Part shown: in pieces, positions 35,984-45,482 of the stretch | How the letters are laid out: each line of letters begins with the position of its first letter | How positions within the stretch are numbered: position 1 is the first letter of the stretch | The notes under the pieces: model-generated | What the model was told of the DNA's origin: nothing | What the model saw: only the letters and a program-made list of their open reading frames with translations | Databases searched by the model: none | Translations under genes and position numbers: made by a program | Origin: Acidimicrobiia bacterium | GTDB lineage: Bacteria > Actinomycetota > Acidimicrobiia > Spongiisociales > ZC4RG35 | NCBI GenBank assembly: GCA_040510135.1 | Contig: JBEVJN010000050.1 | Span: 33,461-97,460 of the forward strand | Length of the DNA: 64,000 bases | Reading direction: 5' to 3'

Positions 35984-36571
35984 TCACCGAGTCGCCGGCC
36001 ATTCCTGGCGGCACCGGTCGAGTAGATCGACGAACTCTGCCTCGTGCCGGCTGACGGGGACCGCGGAAAGCTCGATCCGGCCGGTGAGCATCCCGTCGCG
36101 CTCGTCGTGGCCGACTTCGATGCCGGGCAGCATGCGGAGCACGGTCCTGTTCCACGGCTCGATGGCGAAATGGAACGACTCGATCCCGGCGGCCCGCGCC
36201 GAGGCAGCGAGCGCGTCGAAGAGGGCGCGCCCCAGACCTCTCCGCTGAAAGCTGTCGACGACCGTGATCGCGATCTCCGCATCCACCGCTCCGTCCACGA
36301 TGTAACGGCCGACTCCCGCGGGCTCGTCGTCGATGACGGCACCCCAGGCGACGTGGCTCACCTGGTTCACATCGGTGAGATAGCGAAGTTCGGCAGTGCT
36401 CAGGCTCGCGATCCCGGAGCCGAAACGGGCAAACTTGCTCTGGGCTGACATGCGCTGGAGACCCTGGGCGAGGAGGGCCTTGTCGGCCGGCCCGATCGGG
36501 CGAATCTCGGCGATGGACCCGTCACGCAGGGTGACAGGCACGACGATTTGCTCTTGGCGGTTGTTGGTCAT
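35984..36571 (-). CDS. GNAT family N-acetyltransferase
   Basis: Acetyl-CoA motif FQRRGLGRALFDAL. Start taken at ATG 36571 (MTNNRQEQ); the upstream ORF extension is rejected. Confidence 0.85.
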   Translation of the reverse strand: MTNNRQEQIVVPVTLRDGSIAEIRPIGPADKALLAQGLQRMSAQSKFARFGSGIASLSTAELRYLTDVNQVSHVAWGAVIDDEPAGVGRYIVDGAVDAEIAITVVDSFQRRGLGRALFDALAASARAAGIESFHFAIEPWNRTVLRMLPGIEVGHDERDGMLTGRIELSAVPVSRHEAEFVDLLDRCRQEWPATR

Positions 36572-36614
36572 CGGTGGGTGCTTGCAATAGCAAGCATATC
36601 GCGAGCATTCGGGT

Positions 36615-37577
36615 ATGCCAGTACCCGTGGGGGGCCCGAAGGTAACTTCCCCGTCTATGGCGCGGCGGCGGACGGCTACGGCCACATCCCTCTTTGGTTC
36701 CGGGAAGCGCGAGTCACACGACTCGACGTCCTTCTACGACCGCTTCACCCCGCCTCTCATCTCGACGGACGAGCGGGTGGAGGAACCGATCGCGACCGAC
36801 GTGATCTGGCATGCCGACGCCCGCGAGATCACCGACGACATGATCGCCGACAGCTCGGTGGCGCTGATGGTCACCTCACCTCCATATTTCGCGGGCAAGG
36901 AATACGAGACCGACCTCGCCGCCGGTCACGTCCCTTCCTCCTATGTCGAGTATCTCGAGATGTTGACCGACTCCTTCGCCGTATGTCTCCGCAAGCTGGA
37001 GCCGGGAGGGCGAATGGCGATCAATGTCGCCAACCTGGGGCGCAGGCCCTATCGATCTTTGTCCGCCGACGTGATCGCGATCGTTCAGGATGATCTCGGC
37101 ATGCTGATGCGTGGCGAGATCATCTGGCAGAAGGCGAGAGGGGCCGGGGGCAGCTGTGCCTGGGGATCGTTCCGCTCCCCCCAGAACCCCGTCCTGCGTG
37201 ATGTGACCGAGCGGATCATCGTGGCCTCCAAGGGGAGATTCGACCGTGCGATGAAGCGGGCGATGCGGGAGACCGAAGGCAAGCCACATCAGCCGACGAT
37301 CCTCACCGATGAGTTTCTCGAGGCCACTCTCGACGTCTGGGAGATACCTTCGGAGAGCGCCAAGCGGATCGGTCATCCCGCGCCGTTCCCCGTCGCCCTC
37401 CCCCGACGCCTTATCGAGCTCTACACCTACGAGGGCGACCTGGTCTTGGATCCTTTCATGGGCTCGGGCACCACCGCGGTGGCTGCGGTCCGCACCGGTC
37501 GTCACTTCGTCGGGGTCGAGACCGATCCCGATTACGTCGATCTGGCATTGGCTCGACTCGCCGAGGAGGGTTCGTGA
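36615..37577 (+). CDS. Beta-class N4/N6 DNA methyltransferase, orphan (SPPY motif, likely N4-cytosine)
   Basis: Motif IV VTSPPYFAGKEY near the N-terminus and motif I LDPFMGSGTTAVAA near the C-terminus give beta-class order. No restriction endonuclease gene is adjacent. The start could instead be ATG 36657. Confidence 0.85.
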   Translation: MPVPVGGPKVTSPSMARRRTATATSLFGSGKRESHDSTSFYDRFTPPLISTDERVEEPIATDVIWHADAREITDDMIADSSVALMVTSPPYFAGKEYETDLAAGHVPSSYVEYLEMLTDSFAVCLRKLEPGGRMAINVANLGRRPYRSLSADVIAIVQDDLGMLMRGEIIWQKARGAGGSCAWGSFRSPQNPVLRDVTERIIVASKGRFDRAMKRAMRETEGKPHQPTILTDEFLEATLDVWEIPSESAKRIGHPAPFPVALPRRLIELYTYEGDLVLDPFMGSGTTAVAAVRTGRHFVGVETDPDYVDLALARLAEEGS

Positions 37578-38041
37578 GGATCCTTGCAGTCTGCGCGGGC
37601 AACATCTGCCGGTCGCCGGCTGCCGAAGCCGCGATCCAGGAGGCGGCAGCCGGGGCGGGAGTCGACATCGAAACCGATTCTGCCGGGACGGGGGCGTGGC
37701 ACATCGGCCAGCCTCCCCACCCCGACGGCGTGGCGGCTGGTGCACGCGTTGGACTCGAGGTTCGGGGAAGAGCACGCAAGGTGACGCCGGCCGACTTCGA
37801 ACGCTTCGACATCATCCTGGCCATGGACCGGGCCAATCTTCGCGATCTGCACGAGTTGGCTCCCTCCCGCGAAGCCCGGGCACGCATCCGGCTCTTCCGC
37901 ACCTATGACCCAACTGCGACATCGGACGAGGTCCCCGACCCATGGGGTGGGTCCGAGGAACGCTACGACGAGACTGTTCGAATCGTCCGGGCCGCGGCCT
38001 CAGGTTTGGTCGCTGAGATACTGGAGCACACCGGCGCCTGA
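37574..38041 (+). CDS. Low-molecular-weight protein tyrosine phosphatase
   Basis: GTGA overlap with the methyltransferase. P-loop ILAVCAGNICRSP and the Asp loop VPDPWGG. Confidence 0.92.
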   Translation: MRILAVCAGNICRSPAAEAAIQEAAAGAGVDIETDSAGTGAWHIGQPPHPDGVAAGARVGLEVRGRARKVTPADFERFDIILAMDRANLRDLHELAPSREARARIRLFRTYDPTATSDEVPDPWGGSEERYDETVRIVRAAASGLVAEILEHTGA

Positions 38042-38761
38042 CTAACGGGGGTGGAGGATGCGATATCCCTCCAGAAAGAACTCGAGGGCGACCCGGCCCT
38101 GGTCTTCAGCCTCGAGGAGAGCGGTAAAGGGAAGACTGGCGCCGTTGAAGTTGCGATCGTTCCAGAAGGGGTCGTCCCGGTCGATGTCCGACCACGCCGA
38201 TACGTAGAGATAGGGCTCGATGTGGTCCCTGTCTCCGGGCGAGGCGCCGTAGCTCGCCCTCCGTCCTTCGGTCTGGCTGCCCATCTCGATGGCGGGATCG
38301 AAATGCTCAGGCCACAACTGGACCTCGGACACGTCGTCCGACTCGGCGCCGTGACCTCGAAGCTCCTCGAGGATCTCGAAGCCGAAGGCGAACCACTGTC
38401 CCAGGGCGCTGGCCGGCGCCTCCTCCACCTTCAACGTGCGATCCGGGTCCATCGGCGGCAGCGGGTCCTTGAACTCGGTGAACCAGTCGACGGCGTAATC
38501 GACACCAAAGAACTGGGCGGCGGCCCGAATGGTGGTGATGGCCTGGGTGGCGACGTTCTCTCCCGTCTCGTGCACCAGGAGATTCCCTTCCACCCGTGAG
38601 ACGCGGTCGTCGTATTGCGGGGTCCCGAATCCCTCCGCAGTGGCCCGCAATCCCATCCGCTCCTCGATGGCATATCGGGCCGGGGCAAGGGCGTAGAAGG
38701 CCAGTTGATGCAGTTGATCACGTGCGAACTGGAAGTCGTCCGGCAGCGGCCCGACCCTCAA
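38042..38761 (-). CDS. Hypothetical protein
   Basis: 239-aa acidic soluble protein with genome-typical codon use. It has a 4-nt overlap with the upstream DoxX gene. I recognise no family. Confidence 0.6.
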   Translation of the reverse strand: MRVGPLPDDFQFARDQLHQLAFYALAPARYAIEERMGLRATAEGFGTPQYDDRVSRVEGNLLVHETGENVATQAITTIRAAAQFFGVDYAVDWFTEFKDPLPPMDPDRTLKVEEAPASALGQWFAFGFEILEELRGHGAESDDVSEVQLWPEHFDPAIEMGSQTEGRRASYGASPGDRDHIEPYLYVSAWSDIDRDDPFWNDRNFNGASLPFTALLEAEDQGRVALEFFLEGYRILHPR

Positions 38762-39270
38762 ACCGAGCCTCCCGCCTCACCCGGCTTTCGCCAGAACACG
38801 GCCAACTGACCGGCGGCGAGAAGGATCCCGGCACCGATGATGGCAAGGCCCACCCATTCATCCAGATTCCCGGCGATCCCGAGCGCCTCGTCCACCGAAT
38901 AACGACCCGGGCCGAGCACGGCGAGGGAAATTCCGATGATCGAGAGGGTTGCCACGTATTCCCATCCCTCATCGGGCCGGCGGAAGTTGAAGAAGCCGGC
39001 GAATCGATGAATCGACCAGAAGGCGACGAACATGGTCGCGACAACACCTGCTGCCGCCACAGACGTCAGAAGGCCGGCGATGAGGGCGAGGCCGATCAGG
39101 ATCTCATTGACGGCCGATATCCGGGCGTTCAGCTCTGGCGATCTGAACCCCTTCGAGGCGAACCACTTCGCCGTTCCCTCCTGCGTCCTGCCATGGTTGA
39201 CCCCATGAGCGATCATCACGATCGCCACCCACAACCGCAACATCAACAGGACGACGTCGATGGCTTCCAT
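38758..39270 (-). CDS. DoxX family membrane protein
   Basis: GAGGAGGAGAA RBS before ATG 39270. Four hydrophobic spans (LRLWVAIVMIAHGVNHG ...). The upstream ORF extension to 39567 is rejected. Confidence 0.82.
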   Translation of the reverse strand: MEAIDVVLLMLRLWVAIVMIAHGVNHGRTQEGTAKWFASKGFRSPELNARISAVNEILIGLALIAGLLTSVAAAGVVATMFVAFWSIHRFAGFFNFRRPDEGWEYVATLSIIGISLAVLGPGRYSVDEALGIAGNLDEWVGLAIIGAGILLAAGQLAVFWRKPGEAGGSV

Positions 39271-39378
39271 TTCTCCTCCTCGGGAACCTGCATTCTGCGC
39301 TCCCGTGACGCCACACCGGGCGCCACGCAGCTCAGGTAACCATAGGATTGCCGCCTCGATGTATACGGTTCCGGCGGC

Positions 39379-39804
39379 ATGAAAAATTGGGCCGAAGGTC
39401 TGGTGGCTCTGGGAATCACACTCCTGCTCGGAGTGGGTCTTTGGTTGTTCAGCGGGCGGCCCCTGTCCGCCGGCCCCACCGATTCGAGCTCGCCCGTCTC
39501 GTTCGACACCGAGGCGGCCGCTCGTGGGGAGGCCCTCGCCGCGGCGACCGGATGCCTCGCCTGTCACAACATCGACGACTCAGCCGGCACCGGGCCAGGG
39601 TGGGGAAATCTGGCCGGGTCAGAGGTGATGTTGGCCAGTGGCGAGACGGTTATCGCCGACGATGCCTATCTGTTCAACTCGATCGTCGACCCGGTCTCTC
39701 AGGTCGTGGCCGGGTTCGAGTCGGTGATGCCCACCACCTATGCCGACAGCCTCAGCGAGGCCGAGATCAACGACCTGGTCGAGTACATCAAGTCTCTGGG
39801 CTGA
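39379..39804 (+). CDS. Membrane-anchored class I c-type cytochrome
   Basis: N-terminal TM anchor, a single haem-binding CLACH motif, and a distal Met region FESVMPTTY. Confidence 0.85.
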   Translation: MKNWAEGLVALGITLLLGVGLWLFSGRPLSAGPTDSSSPVSFDTEAAARGEALAAATGCLACHNIDDSAGTGPGWGNLAGSEVMLASGETVIADDAYLFNSIVDPVSQVVAGFESVMPTTYADSLSEAEINDLVEYIKSLG

Positions 39805-39863
39805 TTGGGACTTTTTAGGGTTCCACACCCAGCCCGATTCGCGGGAATATGACAATGGTCGAC

Positions 39864-39896
39864 TCAGGTTGTACCATCGCAACAGACTCAACCTGA
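39864..39896. promoter_or_regulatory. Inverted repeat TCAGGTTG-N17-CAACCTGA in the dnaK 5' region, with a direct GACTCA(G/A) repeat
   Basis: Read directly, 20 nt upstream of the GGAGGA RBS of dnaK. It is not a canonical HAIR (CTTGAGT-N7-ACTCAAG). Confidence 0.3.
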
Positions 39897-39915
39897 TCGC
39901 GGAGGATCATTTCAC

Positions 39916-41748
39916 ATGGCACGTGCAGTAGGCATCGATCTGGGCACCACCAACAGTGTCATCGCGGTGCTGGAAGGCGGCGACCCGACCATCATCCCCA
40001 ACGCCGAGGGTGGCCGCACCACTCCCTCGGTCGTCTCGTTCAAGGAAGGTGAGGTGCTGGTTGGCGAGGTTGCCAAACGCCAGGCGATCACCAACCCCGA
40101 CCAGACGGTTCGCTCGGTGAAGCGTCACATGGGCACTGATTGGTCGATCGAGGTCGACGGCAAGAAGCTCTCCGCCCAGGAGATCTCGGCCCGCATCCTG
40201 ATGAAGCTGAAGCGGGACGCCGAGGCCTACCTCGGGGACAAGGTCACCGACGCGGTGATCACGGTCCCCGCCTACTTCAACGACGCGCAGCGGCAGGCAA
40301 CCAAGGAGGCTGGCCAGATCGCCGGCCTCGAGGTGCTGCGGATCATCAACGAGCCGACCGCGGCCGCGCTCGCCTACGGACTCGACAAGGAAGAGGCCGA
40401 TCACACCATCCTTGTCTTCGACCTCGGCGGAGGGACATTCGACGTCTCTGTGCTCGAGATCGGCGAGGGCGTGTTCGAGGTCAAGGCCACCTCCGGCGAC
40501 ACCCAGCTTGGTGGTGACGACTGGGACCAGAAGGTGATCGATTGGCTCGTCGAAGGGTTCAAGAACGACCATGGCGTCGATCTCGGCAAAGACCGCATGG
40601 CCCTGCAGCGTCTCAAGGAGGCGGCTGAGAAGGCCAAGATCGAGTTGTCCACGGTCGCCGAGACGGAGGTCAACCTGCCCTTCATCACGGCCACCTCCGA
40701 AGGACCCCTCCATCTCCAGCGCAAGCTGACCCGCTCAGAGTTACAGAAGCTCAGCGAAGAACTGCTCGAGCGGACGAAGCGGCCCTTCGAAGCTGCGATA
40801 AAGGATTCCGGCATCGCGGTCAGCGACATCGATCACGTCGTGTTGGTCGGTGGCTCGACCCGAATGCCTGCAGTCCAGGAACTGGTCAAGAGCCTGACCG
40901 GCAAGGACCCCCATCGCGGCGTCAACCCCGATGAGGTCGTCGCCGCAGGCGCCGCCATCCAGGCCGGTGTCCTCAAGGGCGACGTCAAGGACATCCTCCT
41001 GCTCGACGTGACGCCGCTGACCCTTGGCATCGAGACCAAGGGCGGGGTCATGACGCGAATGATCGAGCGCAACACCACGATCCCCACCAAGAGGTCGGAG
41101 ATCTTCACCACGGCCGAGAACAATCAACCGGAGGTCGAGATCAACGTGCTCCAGGGCGAACGGACCATGGTCGCCGACAACAAGAGCCTCGGGAAGTTCC
41201 GCCTCACCGGGATCCCGCCGGCACCGATGGGCGTGCCCCAGATCGAGGTCACCTTCGACATCGACGCCAACGGGATCGTCAACGTCCATGCAAAGGACCT
41301 GGCCACCAGCAAGGAACAGAAAATGACGATCACCGGCGGCACCGCGCTGGCCCAGGACGACATCGACCGAATGGTGAAAGACGCCGAGGCCTATGCGGAG
41401 GAGGACGCCAATCGCCGCGAGGCGGTGGAAACCCGCAACCAGGCAGACCAACTCGTCCATCAGACCGAGAAGCTCCTCGAAGAGCAGGCCGAGACCATGA
41501 ACGACGAGGAGAAGTCGGGTGTGGAGACCGCCCTCGGCGCGCTCCGGCTGACACTGGAGGACGAGAATGCCGAGACCAGCGAGATCAGATCCAAGATGGA
41601 CGCGTTGATCCAGGCCAGTCAGGCAATGGCTACCCGGCTCTACGAGCAGGCAGCGCAGCAGAGCCAAGCCGCTGCAAGTGGCGAAGAAGCAGTCACCGAG
41701 GACGACGATGTCGTCGAAGCAGAAATCATCGATGACGACGAGGCCTGA
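39916..41748 (+). CDS. dnaK: Molecular chaperone DnaK (Hsp70)
   Basis: [22 protein letters not shown] and [10 protein letters not shown], with an acidic C-terminus. Confidence 0.99.
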   Translation: MARAVGIDLGTTNSVIAVLEGGDPTIIPNAEGGRTTPSVVSFKEGEVLVGEVAKRQAITNPDQTVRSVKRHMGTDWSIEVDGKKLSAQEISARILMKLKRDAEAYLGDKVTDAVITVPAYFNDAQRQATKEAGQIAGLEVLRIINEPTAAALAYGLDKEEADHTILVFDLGGGTFDVSVLEIGEGVFEVKATSGDTQLGGDDWDQKVIDWLVEGFKNDHGVDLGKDRMALQRLKEAAEKAKIELSTVAETEVNLPFITATSEGPLHLQRKLTRSELQKLSEELLERTKRPFEAAIKDSGIAVSDIDHVVLVGGSTRMPAVQELVKSLTGKDPHRGVNPDEVVAAGAAIQAGVLKGDVKDILLLDVTPLTLGIETKGGVMTRMIERNTTIPTKRSEIFTTAENNQPEVEINVLQGERTMVADNKSLGKFRLTGIPPAPMGVPQIEVTFDIDANGIVNVHAKDLATSKEQKMTITGGTALAQDDIDRMVKDAEAYAEEDANRREAVETRNQADQLVHQTEKLLEEQAETMNDEEKSGVETALGALRLTLEDENAETSEIRSKMDALIQASQAMATRLYEQAAQQSQAAASGEEAVTEDDDVVEAEIIDDDEA

Positions 41749-42310
41749 GGAGCATCCAGAGGTCGTCGAGGCGGAGTTGGTCGAGTCCAAGCGGCCGGCC
41801 GGCGCCGCCGCCTTCGGCATCGACCTGCCAGAGGAACCCAAGGAGGCGATCGACGTTCTCCTCACCCATCTCGAGGAGTCGCAGGAGGAGGCCTCGTCCT
41901 ACCTCGACGACCTGAAACGGGTGGCTGCCGACTTCGACAACTACCGCAAGCGCACAACCCGCGAGCAGGCAGCCACCCTGGACCGCGCGGCTGAGCGAGT
42001 GGTTCGCGAGCTCTTGCCTGTCCTCGACACATTCGACGCCGCCCTCGGCACCGATGCCGAGACCGACACCGAGAGACAACTGCTGGCGGGGATGATCAAT
42101 ACCCGTGAGCAGCTCCTCGCCGCCCTGGAGAAAGAGGGTCTGGAAGTGGTGCCCACCGTGGGCGAGTCTTTCGACCCCGAGATCCACGAGCCGGTCGGCG
42201 CCCCCGGGGGTACCAACGATCTCGTGGTGGCGTCCGAGTTGCGTCGTGGGTATCGGCTCCGGGACCGGGTCCTCCGTCCCGCAATGGTGATGCTGGAAGC
42301 ACGAGAGTGA
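41732..42310 (+). CDS. grpE: Nucleotide exchange factor GrpE
   Basis: [16 protein letters not shown] and a C-terminal beta domain [15 protein letters not shown]. The start is uncertain; ATG 41732 overlaps the dnaK end by 17 nt. Confidence 0.9.
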   Translation: MTTRPEEHPEVVEAELVESKRPAGAAAFGIDLPEEPKEAIDVLLTHLEESQEEASSYLDDLKRVAADFDNYRKRTTREQAATLDRAAERVVRELLPVLDTFDAALGTDAETDTERQLLAGMINTREQLLAALEKEGLEVVPTVGESFDPEIHEPVGAPGGTNDLVVASELRRGYRLRDRVLRPAMVMLEARE

Positions 42311-43434
42311 ACCGGGACTGGGTCGACAAGGACTTTTATCAGACCCTCGGCGTCGGCCCCGAAGCCACGGCCGACCAGATCAAGAAGGCTTATCGCAAGC
42401 TGGCGCAGAAGCATCACCCCGACGCCAACCCAGACGACGAACAGGCCGAGGAGAGGTTCAAGGAGATCTCCGAGGCGTACGCCACCCTCTCCAACGCCGA
42501 GCAGCGCAAGGAATACGACCAGGTGCGCCGCATGGTGGAGACCGGCGGTTTCGCCGGGTACGGCGCTCCGAGCGGCGGATACGGCGGCTTCGGCGCTCAG
42601 CAGGTACGGGTCGAGGACCTCTCCGATCTGCTCGGTGGTCTCGGCGGTCTCGGCGACCTCTTCGGCTTCGGGTCCCGGGGACGGGCCGGCCCGGCCCGCG
42701 GAGCCGATGCGCAGGCGGATCTCAGCGTCGGTTTTGACGACTCGGTCACCGGGGTGACCACCACGTTGAGCGTGCGTGGTGTCACCACATGCTCACACTG
42801 TGGCGGGAACGGAGCGGAGCCGGGCACACCAGTGACTACCTGCCCAACCTGTGGCGGCCAGGGTGTCGTCGCCCAGAACCAGGGTTTCTTCTCGTTCTCC
42901 CAGCCCTGTCCCCAGTGTCGGGGAGCCGGTCGGATCGTCGAGACTCCATGCCGGGTGTGCCGGGGGGCAGGAACCGAGACCAGGACCCGAGAGGTGAAGG
43001 TGCGCATCCCGCCGGGCGTCCAGGACGGGAACACACTTCGCATCCCGGGCAAAGGCGGCCCGGGCCGCAATGGTGGGCCCAACGGTGATCTCCTGGTCAA
43101 GGTCCACGTCCAACCGAGCCAGACATTCGGCAGAAAGGGCAATGACCTGACCCTCACCGTCCCCATCACCTATCCCGAGGCGGTATTGGGGACCAAACTG
43201 GAAGTTCCCACCCTGAATGGCGGCGTCAAGCTCAAGGTCCCGGCGGGGACACCTTCCGGGAAGACGTTTCGTGTGCGGGGCAAGGGGGTCACCCCCGACC
43301 GAGGTCGCACCGGTGATCTGCTGGTCACGGTGCAGGTCGCCGTCCCCTCCAAGGTGTCCAAGGAGGAGAAGAAGCTGCTCGAGGACCTGGCGGCCATGGA
43401 AACCGACGATGTCCGGTCCCATCTGAGAACATGA
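42307..43434 (+). CDS. dnaJ: Co-chaperone DnaJ
   Basis: J domain (DFYQTLGV, HHPD), G/F region, and four CxxCxG zinc-finger repeats. GTGA overlap with grpE. Confidence 0.97.
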   Translation: MNRDWVDKDFYQTLGVGPEATADQIKKAYRKLAQKHHPDANPDDEQAEERFKEISEAYATLSNAEQRKEYDQVRRMVETGGFAGYGAPSGGYGGFGAQQVRVEDLSDLLGGLGGLGDLFGFGSRGRAGPARGADAQADLSVGFDDSVTGVTTTLSVRGVTTCSHCGGNGAEPGTPVTTCPTCGGQGVVAQNQGFFSFSQPCPQCRGAGRIVETPCRVCRGAGTETRTREVKVRIPPGVQDGNTLRIPGKGGPGRNGGPNGDLLVKVHVQPSQTFGRKGNDLTLTVPITYPEAVLGTKLEVPTLNGGVKLKVPAGTPSGKTFRVRGKGVTPDRGRTGDLLVTVQVAVPSKVSKEEKKLLEDLAAMETDDVRSHLRT

Positions 43435-43441
43435 GGGTGAC

Positions 43442-43834
43442 GTGACCGAAACAAGAAGGGCCGTATTCGTCATCTCGGTGGCCGCCGAGCTCGCCGGGAT
43501 GCATCCGCAGACTTTGCGGATCTACGAGCGCAAAGGCCTGCTCGAACCAGCACGCACGCCCGGGGGCACCCGTCGCTACTCGCAGGAAGACATCGAGCGA
43601 CTGCAACTGATCCAGGAGCTGACCAGCCAGGGGCTCAACCTCGAAGGTGTCCGGCGGGTCCTGGCCCTCCAAGAGGAGAACCGCACCCTCAAGCGCAAGG
43701 TTGAGAAGCTGCGCGACAAGCTCGATGACATGGAGGAGGAGATGGAGCAGAGGCTCGACGAGGTTCACCGCTCATATCGGCACGACATCGTCCTCCGCTC
43801 CCAGCTCCGCCGGGTCATCGGGGAGGAACGTTGA
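43442..43834 (+). CDS. hspR: MerR-family heat-shock repressor HspR
   Basis: FVISVAAELAGMHPQTLRIYERKGLLEPARTPGGTRRYS. It occupies the fourth gene position of the dnaK operon, as in other Actinobacteria. Confidence 0.92.
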   Translation: MTETRRAVFVISVAAELAGMHPQTLRIYERKGLLEPARTPGGTRRYSQEDIERLQLIQELTSQGLNLEGVRRVLALQEENRTLKRKVEKLRDKLDDMEEEMEQRLDEVHRSYRHDIVLRSQLRRVIGEER

Positions 43835-44106
43835 TGGCCGAATCCTTCTCAGGTCCGGTTCGTGTCCTCGGCGACGACGGGATCCTTCTCACCACCGGAT
43901 CGGCGAGCCTCGTCACCGACGCCGAGATGGGAGGCTGGAGGGGCACATTGGAGACCCTCCGGGGAACGGCAGTGGCGGGCAAGGCCCTGGTCGTAGAGCT
44001 GGAGATACCAGGCGACGGACGGGGCCGCGCCCAACTCACCCCCACCGGGGTCAACGGCGATACCGCCATCTCCGAGGTGGTCAGCCTCGGCCCGCCCTTT
44101 TTCTAA
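43831..44106 (+). CDS. Hypothetical small protein (91 aa) translationally coupled to hspR
   Basis: ATGA overlap with the hspR stop. Beta-rich composition and genome-typical GC3. Confidence 0.5.
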   Translation: MMAESFSGPVRVLGDDGILLTTGSASLVTDAEMGGWRGTLETLRGTAVAGKALVVELEIPGDGRGRAQLTPTGVNGDTAISEVVSLGPPFF

Positions 44107-44115
44107 GGACCCGTC

Positions 44116-44724
44116 TTGGGGGCCGCCGCCGATTGTGAGGCCATAGGGGCGGGGTTTCTCGGGCAGCCGATCAACACCCTGACCACACTCGGGTTCGTCG
44201 TCGCTGGGATCATCGTCATCGTCGGCCGCCAGGACATGCGATGGATCGGGATCGGGCTCGTCAGCACCGGGATCGGCTCGTTTCTCTTCCACGGACCGAT
44301 GCCCCCGGGAAACGAATGGGCTCACGACGTCAGCCTGGCCTGGCTGTTGGCCATGATCGCCGGATGGGGCACTCGTTGGGAGCGGGTCTCGCGTCTTCCC
44401 GCCCTGGTCGTCATCGGTGCCGTCGTAGTCCTGGTCCCGATGATCGCCGACCCCTTTGCCGGCGTCATGGCCGTTGTTGCCGTGATGTCGATCCTCCTCC
44501 GGGACCGGTCCGCAGCCACGGTTGGCCCTTTGTTGCTCTTGGCATCGGTGGCTGTCTTCGGCCGACTCGGAGCCACCGGCGGGCCGCTGTGCAATCCGGA
44601 TTCGCTGTTGCAACCTCATGCCGTCTGGCACCTGGGGTCCGCCCTCGCCGTGACCTGGTGGGCGTTGGGGGCCGCTACCACGCCTTCGGTTAGGGTCCGC
44701 GCCCGATCGCCAAGGAGGTCGTGA
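44116..44724 (+). CDS. Hypothetical polytopic membrane protein
   Basis: About 6 hydrophobic spans with conserved-looking His residues (FLFHGP, WAHD, HAVWH). TTG start 9 nt after the preceding stop. Confidence 0.6.
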   Translation: MGAAADCEAIGAGFLGQPINTLTTLGFVVAGIIVIVGRQDMRWIGIGLVSTGIGSFLFHGPMPPGNEWAHDVSLAWLLAMIAGWGTRWERVSRLPALVVIGAVVVLVPMIADPFAGVMAVVAVMSILLRDRSAATVGPLLLLASVAVFGRLGATGGPLCNPDSLLQPHAVWHLGSALAVTWWALGAATTPSVRVRARSPRRS

Positions 44725-45074
44725 TGATCCGGGAGTTCAAGGACTTCATCAATCGAGGGAATCTCCTCGAAATCGCCGTCGCCTTCGTGATGGGCGTGGC
44801 ATTCGCCGCCGTCATCGCCAGCCTCACCAACGACATCATCAACCCGATCATCGCCAAGATCTTCGATGTCCAGGACCTGGGGGACTGGGTCGTGTGGGAC
44901 ATCAGGATCGGTGCGTTCGCGGTTGCGATCATCAACTTCCTGATCGTTGCCCTCGTCATATTCCTCGTGGTCAAGGCTTACAACCGCATGAAGCGGGCTG
45001 AGGAAGGCCTTGACGAGCCCTCCGAGGAGATCCTGCTGCTACGGGAGATCCGCGACGGGATCAGTTCCCGCTGA
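44721..45074 (+). CDS. mscL: Large-conductance mechanosensitive channel
   Basis: MIREFKDFINRGNLLEIAVAFVMGVAF..IINPIIAKIF. ATGA overlap with the upstream membrane gene. Confidence 0.95.
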   Translation: MMIREFKDFINRGNLLEIAVAFVMGVAFAAVIASLTNDIINPIIAKIFDVQDLGDWVVWDIRIGAFAVAIINFLIVALVIFLVVKAYNRMKRAEEGLDEPSEEILLLREIRDGISSR

Positions 45075-45108
45075 ACGCCACCACAATCTTGCCTCGTTGA
45101 TTTCCCGG

Positions 45109-45123
45109 CAATACCCGGTATTG
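45109..45123. promoter_or_regulatory. Perfect palindrome CAATACC-C-GGTATTG immediately upstream of padR (candidate autoregulatory operator)
   Basis: Read directly. It ends 9 nt before ATG 45132. Confidence 0.4.
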
Positions 45124-45131
45124 TGCGGGGC

Positions 45132-45482
45132 ATGGTACGTGTGGGTACCGGACAGGACCGGTCGACACAGCTCCTTCACGGGGTATTGGACATGTGTCTC
45201 ATGTCGGTCATCGAGGAAGAGGCGTCCTATGGCTACGAGATGGTGAGCAAGCTGCGCGAGCGGGGTCTCAACCTGGCCAGCGAGGGCTCCATCTACCCGC
45301 TCCTCTCCCGTCTTCAGAAACAGGGCATGATCGAGAGTTATCTCGTGCAGAGCAACGAGGGACCGGCCCGCAAGTACTACCGGATGTCCAAGCCGGGCCG
45401 GGTGGCCCTCCAACAGTGGCGCCAGGACTGGACCGGGTTCAAGGACTCGGTGGATGAGGTCCTCAACGGGGTGGGCCGATGA
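45132..45482 (+). CDS. PadR family transcriptional regulator
   Basis: LLHGVLDMCLMSVIEEEASYGYEMVSKLRE..GSIYPLLSRLQKQGMIESY. The ORF opens at GTG 45123; ATG 45132 is preferred. Confidence 0.9.
   Translation: MVRVGTGQDRSTQLLHGVLDMCLMSVIEEEASYGYEMVSKLRERGLNLASEGSIYPLLSRLQKQGMIESYLVQSNEGPARKYYRMSKPGRVALQQWRQDWTGFKDSVDEVLNGVGR

Noticed and set aside
39805-39915. Expected HspR operator (HAIR, CTTGAGT-N7-ACTCAAG) upstream of dnaK.
   Set aside because: Only half-site-like GACTCA(G/A) copies in direct orientation were found, so no HAIR feature is called. The different inverted repeat seen there is reported as low confidence.
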